NCBI GenBank assembly: GCA_050613775.1
Contig: JBODTK010000016.1
Location: 1,302,001 to 1,366,000 of the forward strand
DNA from: Neocallimastix sp. 'constans'
Taxonomy: Eukaryota
Direction of reading: 5' to 3'
DNA length: 64,000 nucleotides
A program made the translations under genes and the position numbers. The notes under the pieces were generated by a model that ran no database searches, was not told the DNA's origin, and saw nothing but the letters and a program-made list of their open reading frames with translations. The stretch's first letter is position 1; each line of letters begins with the position of its first letter. This document shows, piece by piece, positions 1 through 9,632 of the stretch.

Positions 1-319
1 TTTAATTTTTAATTTTTTTTTATTTTAGTGTTTATTTCTATATTTATTATTATTCTGTCCCGAACCTCAACATTATTGGTAAAGAATAAATTAATAACCT
101 TTATTTTATTATTAATAATTCTTTACTAAATTGTACTTTCCTATATTCTTGATAACCTAAACTTAATAATAAAATTTAATTTATTTTGATATAAATTAAT
201 TTTAACTTGTAAATAATGTAAATAAATTTTAATTAATTACTTTATTGTTATATTATTAAATATATGTATATATTAAAATACAATTGTAAATATTAAAATT
301 ATACTTTTAAGATACTAAA

Positions 320-760
320 TTATTAAAACTATTAATTAAATATTATTATAAAAATTATTATAAAATTATTAAAACTATTAATTAAATATTATTATAAAAA
401 TTATTATAAAATTATTAAAATTATTAATTAAATATTATTATAAAAATTATTATAAAATTATTAAAATTATTAATTAAATATTATTATAAAAATTATTATA
501 AAATTATTAAAATAATTAATTAAATATTATTATAAAAAATATTATAAAATTATTAAAATTATTAAAATTATTAATTAAATATTATTCTAAAAATTATTAT
601 AAATTATTAATATTATAAAATTATTAAAATTATTAAATATTATTATAAAAATTTATTTATTATAACTATTAAATATTATTATAAAATTATTAAGATTATT
701 AATTAAATTTATTATTAAAAATTATTAAAAATTTTTACTTATTATAAAAATTATTATTTA
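320..760. repeat. AT-only minisatellite (~45-bp degenerate units)
   Basis: Repeated AATTAAATATTATTATAAAAATTATTATAAAATTATTAAAA(C/A)TATT. Confidence 0.8.
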
Positions 761-1281
761 AATATTATCAAATTTATTAATTAAATATTATAAAAATTTT
801 ATTTTATTTTGAAAATAATTACAAGTATTATTTAAAATAATTAAAGATTATTAAATTTATTATATTAATCTTTAAAAACAATTTATTTAACTTAAAAATA
901 TCAAAGAAAATAGTAAAAACTATTTTCTATATATTTATTTTATAATTATTTTTAATTAAATTGTATTTGAATATTATATTATTATATTTATAAAAATTAA
1001 AACAAAAATGAATTATTGATATAAAATTAATTCAATAATTCTATAAAATTACTTAAATTATAAACAAATAATTATACTTTAAATTCATAAAAAAATATAA
1101 ATATTGTAAATATTTCTTAAAAATTAAATATGTGTACTTTAAATAATAAAATTTTATATTAATAAATAATAAACACTTTTTAATAAAAAAAAATTTTTCT
1201 TTGTTAAAATCAAAGCAGGGTAATACCCGTCCCCCCTGCTTGATTTTAAATCAATAAGAATTACCCCTAGTCTACCATTAT

Positions 1282-2611
1282 TGATAAGAATGTACTTAAT
1301 AATGCATTCTTAATTAAATCTACGATTTATTTTGTTAAAAAGTAAACAGATTGAATTTAACGAGGAATCAGGTTGATATATCTATATAATATAACTATAT
1401 AGATATAAGTAAATTACTAAAATAAAAGAGTTATAAAGTTAAATTTGTTAATTTAACACTTAATTAAAACTAATAATTGGTTTGATATGATAAAAATTTT
1501 TATTTATTAATAAAAATATATAGTTATATTATAATAGGTTAACTATAACCTTACAAAGAACAAAAAGATAAATTTGAATTTTCTTTTTATACTTTGTAGG
1601 TTTGAGAATATTGATAATAATAATATAAAGTTGATAATAATAATATTTAGTATAAGAATATGTTTAATATAAATAAATTATATTTTTTAATCTAATATAT
1701 TAGCTAATATATAAAATATAATATTAAATTTAAATATTTAATATAGTAATTAATAATTAATAATTAATTAAATCAATATAACATAAATTAATACATAAAC
1801 ATTAATTTATGAATCAAGGATGACATGACCAAATGATTCATGTTAATAAATATTTTATTTATTAATAATATTTAAGTTTAATATGATATCATTAGAATCA
1901 GTAGGCCTAAGCTGGTCCTAAGATGATCAAATAACTTATAATATTATAAAATAAATAAAATTTAAAGAATAATTAATGAATTATAAATTTTTATTAATTA
2001 TTTTGTTTTTAATAATTTTAATTGAAATTAATTGAAATTGAAATTTAATTCAGTTGTAATTTCAACATATTTCTAATACATTATGTGTACATTATTATTT
2101 TTGTACTTTAATAAATTTTTAAATCCAAAGATCAAAAATTAAATCAAAAATTATATTAAACTTTATATTTTTATATTAAATCTTATATTAATAGTAATAT
2201 TTTTATATATTTAAAACTTATATTAGCAATATTAATAATAAGTCTTATTTTTTTTTTTTATATTAATAATGAAAATTTGTATTAATAATATTTTTATATA
2301 TTGATGATTAAAAATTTATATATTATATTTTAACCTTTATTATAAAATTTTATATCGAAATGTTTTATTTTATATTGAAAAATATTTTATTTTATTAAAA
2401 ACATTTATATTAGAATAGTATTTTTATTTTTATTTGAATATTTTAACAGATTGTAATAAAAATTATAGCCAATCAAATAAATTCATAAATAAAAATAATA
2501 AATAAATATCAAAAAAAAATAAATTTAATAAAATAAATAAATAAAATAAATAAATAAAAAAAATTTGTGTTTCTTTACTTTATTTTTATTTAATTCTCTA
2601 AAACCTTAACA
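1282..2611 (+). repeat. E1 5' LTR (~590 bp, interrupted by a 735-bp insertion plus TSD)
   Basis: 1282-1332 and 2073-2611 align with the 3' LTR with only a handful of differences; TG...CA ends. Confidence 0.93.
1333..2067. mobile_element. Solo LTR of another family nested in the E1 5' LTR
   Basis: Ends TGTTAAAA...TTTCAACA; flanked by TATTT at 1328-1332 and 2068-2072; the 3' LTR has the empty site with a single TATTT. Confidence 0.88.
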
Positions 2612-2617
2612 TTTATA

Positions 2618-2637
2618 TGGTGGAGATATCGGGGAAT
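2618..2637 (+). promoter_or_regulatory. Primer binding site, probably tRNA-Ala
   Basis: TGGTGGAGATATCGGGGAAT 6 nt after the LTR end; complementary to a tRNA 3' end ...CCCCGAUAUCUCCACCA, resembling eukaryotic tRNA-Ala ends. Confidence 0.8.
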
Positions 2638-2823
2638 TAAATAGAAATAATAGTAAATAACATAGATTTTTTTTTATTTTTTTTTTTTTTATTTTATATT
2701 GATAAACAAGTAAGTCGTTAATCCTTTGATTAACCTATGGCGCTTGTTTGATATATATATATAAAAAAAAAAAAAAATTTTTTAAATAAGTAAAATTAAG
2801 ATTCTAAAAAAAAAGATTGTAAA

Positions 2824-3109
2824 TTATAACAAGGAGCGGATAGAGCTCATATACAGTGTATTTCCAGAAAACAACAAAATATCTATTATTCATAGTAGGT
2901 TATTGGATAATAGTTATTTTGGGAATTAATTGGAAAGTAGACGAAGGTATTTGGTTACCGACCCGGTAATAATAGTTCAGCCTTCAACGTTTCAACACAC
3001 GAAGGTGCGGGTACTTTCCAAGCACTGGCGAATAAGGAGCTTACGTCACCGAAGGCGTAAGATTGTTTTTTTTTATATTTTTTTTTATTTTTCTTTGTGC
3101 TAGTTATAA
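2824..3109 (+). ncRNA. Structured cis-acting leader RNA element, copy 1 (E1); function unknown
   Basis: Shares three identical blocks and covarying stems with 10576-10861. Confidence 0.7.
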
Positions 3110-3633
3110 GGCACTTTATTATATAAAGTATCAGACTTTGGCTAACTTCGCCATTTAAATTTTTTTTATTTTTTTTTTATTACTGATACTTTATTTGTTT
3201 AATAATTCCTGTAAAAGAATCTTAATTTACTTTGAAAATATTGTGTTTTTAGTTAATTTTTATTAGTTAATAAAAATATTATTGAATACTTTTAAAATTT
3301 TTTTTATTCCGTACATAGATTATCGGATTAAGTTTATCCTATATAGTAATTGGGCTAGTGGGCTCTGAACTGCTATATTTTATATTGAATATAGTAATCG
3401 TGGCACACGCGTGGCATGACACCATAGGTAAGCTGCACGTCAGACAGTGTGTACTATCAGATTGTACGACAATAAAGATTATTTTTTGTGTTTAATAATT
3501 ATAATTAATTAATTTTATTAGCTATAACAATACAATATTTATTGTTTAAAAAGAAAAATTTTTGAAAGGTGAAAATAATAAATAAAACTTTGCTTCTAAA
3601 TTTATTACTACAAATATACTAAATTACAAAATT

Positions 3634-3947
3634 CAAGTGGTCGATAAAGATTTCGAGCTTGAAAAATATTCTATTAAGTTGTCGATAAAGATTTCGAACT
3701 TAAAATTATTCTATTAAGTTGTCGATAAAGATTTCGAACTTAAAAATTATTCTATTGAGTTGTCGATAAAGATTTCGAACTTAAAAATTATTCTATTGAG
3801 TTGTCGATAAAGATTTCGAACTTAAAAATTATTCCATTGAGTTGTCGATAAAGATTTCGAACTTAAAAATTATTCTTAATAAAGTAGTCGAAAAGAACCT
3901 CGTGCTTTATAATTTCTACTAAGTTGTCGATAAGGATTTCGAGCTTA
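3634..3947 (+). repeat. Tandem array of 8 x ~41-bp hairpin-forming units in the E1 leader
   Basis: Unit about AAGTTGTCGATAAAGATTTCGAACTTAAAAATTATTCTATT; starts near 3635, 3676, 3716, 3757, 3798, 3839, 3882, 3921. Confidence 0.95.
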
Positions 3948-4121
3948 TATCTACTAAAGAAAGCAAATAAAATTATTATTTTCAAAAGTTACTAAAATAT
4001 ATTGTTTTAAAAATTGATTCGATATTAAATTACCTATTAAATTATATTTTTAAAGTTGTATTTCCAAATTTATTTTTATTTAATCACCTCATTAATATAC
4101 AACAAGAAATATTTAAACAAA

Positions 4122-5024
4122 ATGTCCAAGGAAACAACTTTGAGCTTTAAAGAATTGAAAAAAGAATTAAGAGATATTGTGAAACTTAGCAAGGACAATT
4201 TAGATATTAAGTCCTGGGCTACTGAATTAAAACTTTGGATCAAGATACAAGGTATTACAGATCCAGAAACAATATTTAATGCTTGTTTACTTACCAGCTC
4301 TGGTGAAGTACAACGCGTTATTGAAGATTTGGGAGAAGATAGTGATGATGAAAGTGATGATTCATCAGATGAAGAAGAAGATGATGATGAAAAAGAAAAT
4401 GTTGATGATGATATTAAATTTCCTTCTCTTGGAAAAATTATTTCAAGTCTTGAAAATTTTTACGGTATTAAAGAAGACCAAAATTTACTTCTTAAAGAAC
4501 TTCGTGCAATGCGAATTAAAAGAAACGAAAAGATTAAAGACTTTAATGTAAGATATAGAACTTTGTACACTAAACTTGATAAAAAGAGAAGAAAGCGCAT
4601 TGGTGTACTAGATTATATTGATTCTATTCAAAATAATTATGAAGCCTGGAAGAAATTATCCCTTAAAGATGATATAAGTATGGATAAAGCTTTCAAAATT
4701 GCCGAGAAAGTAGATAGACTTTCTGTAAAGAACAATAATACCTATAATATTAATTCCCAACATAATCAAAATAATCAAAACAGTACTACTTCAAGACTTT
4801 ATTCTAAAAGAAGAAACGAAAATTTCCAATCAAGTCAAACAAATAATAAACCGAAACCTCAAGATATTATAGAAGAATCAACCCAGAAAATGAGAAATTT
4901 ATCTGTTAAAACTTGCTTCTTCTGTAAGGAAGAAGGTCATTACTCATACTATTGCCCTCAATTAAATAAGATTATGGAAAAAAATAAAAAAGAAATATAT
5001 TCCAAAAAGTCTTTAAACTTCTAA
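4122..5024 (+). CDS. gag: E1 Gag with CCHC zinc knuckle
   Basis: First ATG at 4122 (MSKETT); C-terminal CFFCKEEGHYSYYC (CX2CX4HX4C); intact ORF. Confidence 0.9.
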   Translation: MSKETTLSFKELKKELRDIVKLSKDNLDIKSWATELKLWIKIQGITDPETIFNACLLTSSGEVQRVIEDLGEDSDDESDDSSDEEEDDDEKENVDDDIKFPSLGKIISSLENFYGIKEDQNLLLKELRAMRIKRNEKIKDFNVRYRTLYTKLDKKRRKRIGVLDYIDSIQNNYEAWKKLSLKDDISMDKAFKIAEKVDRLSVKNNNTYNINSQHNQNNQNSTTSRLYSKRRNENFQSSQTNNKPKPQDIIEESTQKMRNLSVKTCFFCKEEGHYSYYCPQLNKIMEKNKKEIYSKKSLNF

Positions 5025-5064
5025 ATGGGAGCAGAAGCACTCCCAATGACAAAACAATAGCTTC
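5012..5064 (+). promoter_or_regulatory. -1 programmed ribosomal frameshift signal (slippery heptamer plus H-type pseudoknot)
   Basis: T TTA AAC at 5012-5018 in gag frame; 7-nt spacer; S1 TGGGAG/CTCCCA (5026-5031/5040-5045); S2 GAAGC/GCTTC (5034-5038/5060-5064); -1 frame open into ORF 5207-5800. Confidence 0.85.
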
Positions 5065-8000
5065 ATTAAATAATTTACAAAATAATACTTTTACTAAGAA
5101 TACTCCAATTGATAATAATTCCTTTAATGAAGAATCTGAAGAATCTGATTTTAGTGACACAACTGAAAGTGAGGATGATATCATTATAAATGCTATAAAA
5201 AGAAAAATGAATGATAATAACAGCGAAAAAGAAGAAAATAATTCCAAGAAAGTACATAAAAGTTTAAAAGATAATCCACGTCCTTTCGCAACTCCTGCTT
5301 TAAGAAAGAAGAAAGAAAATGAGCTACATAATAAACCCAATAAAGTTTATAAAAATCAAATACTTCCTTCAATTTTAACTCAACCAAATATAAACAAAGA
5401 AAAACAAAAAGAAAAGGAATTAAGAAATATGACAAGAGTAAGAGAAAGTAAAGAAGAAAACAACAATTATTCATCAAAAGGAAAGGAAAAAGTTGAATCT
5501 GAAGATATACGTGCAATCGATAATGAAATAGAAGATCTAGAAATGAATAAAGATAATCATCAAAATAAAACTAATACTTTGGAAAAATTAATTTCAATAA
5601 AAACTAAAGAAACTAATAATGAAAATACTCAGTTAGTAAAAAGGAATATCAAAATGATGAATAATAAAGAACCTTACAATATTATGGATGATTTAAATAA
5701 TCTTAAATCCAGTATTACGATAGGTCAACTCTTGAATGCATGTCCGAAAATTCGTTCACAATTAATTCAAGGTTTAAAGTTAGAAAAATCTAAAAAATAA
5801 TTGGAACTGTAGACAATGTAATAGCACGAACTTTATTAGTAAATAACTATGATCATAGCTACATAAGTAAAAGTAATGAAGTAGCCGAAGAAGACTTAGC
5901 AATGGTTGATGCAAGTGTTGACGGAGTACTAGGAAAACTTTTAATTGATTCTTGTAGTAACCTAAGCATCGTTACTAAGCAGTATTTTGATAAATTACCT
6001 GGTGAATATGAAACAGTTGGAAAAAGTCGTGGAAGAATCCAACTTGCAACACAAGATGAAGAATACTCGGAAGGAATTATTGTTTGATTACCAGTAAAAA
6101 TTAATAATTATGAATTTAATGCGGACTTTAGAATTATTGAGAAAGAAGACTCTTTTTATGATATGTTATTAAACTTTAAAACTCAAATCGATCATTGTTT
6201 ATTTATTCATCCGACCTTAAACAGTTTATGTAAACTTTTGTCAGAAAGTGAATACAAAGAAATAGCTAAAATAAATAATCAATATTATGAGGAAGAAAGT
6301 ATAATTTGCACTATTAGAAAAGTTAAAGAAACGAATAATGAAAAGGAAATTATAAAGGAATTAACTCCAACGGAATTTATTGAGAGTGATGAATTTTTAA
6401 GTACCTTAAATAAAGATTATAAAGAACAAATTATTAAAATTCTCAAAGAAATGATTGACATAGTTGCCACTTCAACAGAAGAACTAACTCCTTCTAAACT
6501 TTCACCACATAAGATCCGTTTAAAAGCAAATGCAAAGCCAGTAAAATTAAGAAGTTATAGGTTAACTAAATTAAAATCAGACATCTTAAAAGAAGAACTT
6601 ACAAAGCTTATTAAGAAAGGATTGATAGAACCATCCTGTTCAGAATGGTCATCTCCAGTAGTACTTATTCTAAAACACAATGGAAAGTGGCGCTTGTGCA
6701 TTGACTACCGAAAAGTCAATGATATGACAGAAAAAGATTCTTATTCAGTTCCATATATAGATGAAATTTTTGATAGTCTCGGAGGAGCTAAAATATTTAC
6801 AACTCTTGATTTATTTTCGGGTTTTCACCAAATCTTAATGGATGAAGAAAGCGTTGAAGTAACCACTTTCACTACTAAGTTTGGAAATTATCAATTTAAG
6901 GTTATGCCTTTTGGACTTACTGGAGCTCCCTCAACCTTCCAAAGAGAAATGAATAAAATTTTATTCCCTTTTATTGGTGAATTTGTTTATGTATTTATTG
7001 ATGATGTTTTGATCTATTCAAAAAGTATCGAAGAACATTTAATTCATATTAAACAAGTATTAGAAGTATTTAAAGAAAACAAGTTAAAAATTAATATTGA
7101 AAAGTGCCATTTTCTTCAAACTGAAGTTGATGTATTAGGTCACAAACTTACTACTAAAGGATTAAGTCCCATGGAAAGTAAAATAACAGCTATTAAGAAG
7201 TGGGAAGCCCCTTCATCACTTCATGAATTAAGATCATTTCTAGGAGCAGTAGGATATTATCGTGACTTTATTCCTAAATATGCTCAAATTACCTCACCTT
7301 TATGTAAATTATTGAAAAAGAATACTAAATATGAATGGAATAAAGAACAACAAGAAAGCTTTGAACTCCTAAGAGAAAAATTAATCAATGCACCTATTCT
7401 AAAATTTCCGTCATTTGACAAACCTTTTATCATTAGAACTGATGCTTCGTATAATGGAATTGGTGGAGTTCTTTTACAAAAAGAAGAAGAAACCGGTAAG
7501 GAGCATCCAATACATTTTATAAGTAGAAGTTTGAAGAAAGCTGAAAAGAATTATGGTATCACAGATTTGGAAGGAACCGCTTTGTTTTACTGTATGACTA
7601 AATTTAAATCTTATATTGAAGGAAATCCATTACCTACAACTATTTACACAGATCATAAACCATTAGTTGGTTTATTTAAGAATAAAGAACCTTTGAATGC
7701 AAGGCAAACAAGATGGTGTCTAACCGCTAGTATGCTTGGAATTAATATAAAATATGAATCAGGCAAAAAGAATGTGTTAGCTGATGCTCTTTCAAGAATG
7801 AAAAGTAAGGAAGAGAGAAAGATATTATTAACAAAAATTACTAATGGAAATAATGAAGAATTATTATCTAAAGTTATAAAGGAATTTATTAATGAAAAGT
7901 TTACTGTTATTGATGGTGAAGATTACTTTATCGACAATGGAAATTATAGAAAATTAATAACGGACGAAAATGAAAGGTTTAAATTAATTTTAGAAGCTCA

Positions 8001-9023
8001 TAATATTGGCCACGAAGGATATTATAAAACATATCAAAGACTTAAGAAAAACTTTTATTGGAATCATATGATTAAAGATATCAAAAGAATTGTTAGTAAT
8101 TGTGAAAAATGCCAGTTAAATCGTCCTCAACCATATCCAGAACCAACCGAAAACCATCCAACTAAAGTAGAGGGTCCCTTTGTGCATTTAGGATTAGATA
8201 TTATAGGACCGTTACCAAAAACAAGAAATAATAATCAATATATTATAGTAACTGTTGATTACTTTACCAAATGGGTTGAAGCCGAACCCACTGAAAACAT
8301 AACTTCCTCTGATATAATTAAATTTTTAATAAACGTTTTTGCAAGACATGGTGTACCTCAAGTTATTACTACTGATAATGGAGTCCAATTCACTTCTGAT
8401 ATGACTAAAATCTTTCTTGATCTTTATGATGTATATGTTAAATTTGTAGCTACTTACCACCCTGAATCAAATGGCCTTACTGAAAATCGAAATAAAGAAA
8501 TTGGAAAATTACTCCGTTTTTTATAAAGGAAAAATCAAGATTGGGATGAAGTTTTACCTTCTGCTTTATGGACACTTCGAACTACCAAAAATACAGCTAC
8601 TGGACATTCTAGTTTTGAATTAGTATATGGAAGAGAAGACCAACTGCCTTATGATATAGCCATAAGAACAATTGAAAATGCAGATAAATCATATGATGAA
8701 ATTTTAATGGAAAAATTTGTTCGTCATTATCAATGGACTAGAGAAGCATGCGAAAATGTGAAGAATGCTAACAAGTATTGGGCAACAAGACGAGAAGAAC
8801 AAATAAGTATGAAAAAGGAAAAGAATTAAAGGCTGGTGATCTTGTTCTTGTTAGAAACTTTAGCCGCACTAAGCTAGAACCATATTACAATGGACCATTT
8901 AAAATTTTAAAAATTCAATTCAACACGGCAACCCTAATCGATCAGAAGACTGGAAAGCAACTCGATAGGAATGTTCACTTTAAAAATTTAGTAAAGTTTA
9001 ACTCCGCTTACAGAGAAGCTTGA
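5012..9023 (+). pseudogene. pol: E1 pol (linker, protease, RT, RNase H, integrase with GPY/F), disrupted
   Basis: LLIDSCS protease; RT motifs WRLCIDYRKVN, MPFGL, FIDD; RNase H TDAS; integrase H-H-C-C and D,D,E; GPFKI. Frame change near 5795 and near 8820; in-frame stops at 6085 and 8524. Confidence 0.93.
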
Positions 9024-9041
9024 GTCTTCGTCGGGGCATCT

Positions 9042-9632
9042 TGATAAGAATGTACTAAATAATGCATTCTTAATTAAATCTACGATTTATTTCTAATACA
9101 TTATGTGTACATTATTATTTTTGTACTTTAATAAATTTTTAAATCCAAAGATCAAAAATTAAATCAAAAATTATATTAAACTTTATATTTTTATATTAAA
9201 TCTTATATTAATAGTAATATTTTTATATATTTAAAACTTATATTAGCAATATTAATAATAAGTCTTATTTTTTTTTTTTATATTAATAATGAAAATTTGT
9301 ATTAATAATATTTTTATATATTGATGATTAAAAATTTATATATTATATTTTAACTTTTATTATAAAATTTTATATCGAAATGTTTTATTTTATATTGAAA
9401 AATATTTTATTTTATTAAAAACCTTTATATTAGAATAGTATTTTTATTTTTATTTGAATATTTTAACAGATTGTAATAAAAATTATAGCCAATCAAATAA
9501 ATTCATAAATAAAAATAATAAATAAATATCAAAAAAAAAATAAATTTAATAAAATAAATAAATAAAATAAATAAATAAATAAAATTTGTGTTTCTTTACT
9601 TTATTTTTATTTAATTCTCTAAAACCTTAACA
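9042..9632 (+). repeat. E1 3' LTR (591 bp)
   Basis: Direct repeat of the 5' LTR without the nested insertion. Confidence 0.95.

Larger units (their letters stand above)
1282..9632 (+). mobile_element. Ty3/Gypsy LTR retrotransposon E1, full length, coding region inactivated
   Basis: Near-identical LTRs (TGATAAG...CTTAACA) at 1282-2611 and 9042-9632; 4-bp TSD TTAT at 1278-1281 and 9633-9636; PBS; gag then PR-RT-RNaseH-IN order. Confidence 0.95.

Noticed and set aside
40..90. End of another LTR plus PBS (AACCTCAACA TTAT TGGT)
   Set aside because: Resembles the E1 LTR/PBS junction, but tRNA complementarity stops after TGGT and the rest lies outside the window.
2954..3040. HDV-like ribozyme (GGCGAAU resembles J4/2)
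   Set aside because: Could not build the P1/P3/P1.1 nested pseudoknot in either copy; no GG precedes the P4-like stem.
3634..3947. CRISPR array
   Set aside because: Linkers are near-identical 14-16 nt segments rather than unique spacers; eukaryotic retrotransposon context; no cas genes.
4279..5516. Short overlapping or antisense ORFs here and elsewhere (e.g. 11750-11971, 18729-18933, 24404-24616, 53204-53404, 55259-55946, 61058-61288)
   Set aside because: Shadows of real CDSs or translations of A/T microsatellites, with no motifs.
6085..6087. Stop-codon readthrough or RIP-like mutation in the TE ORFs
   Set aside because: Stops (6085, 8524, 13190, 13247, 15166, 15211) are of mixed type and fall mid-domain; ordinary decay suffices without a family consensus.
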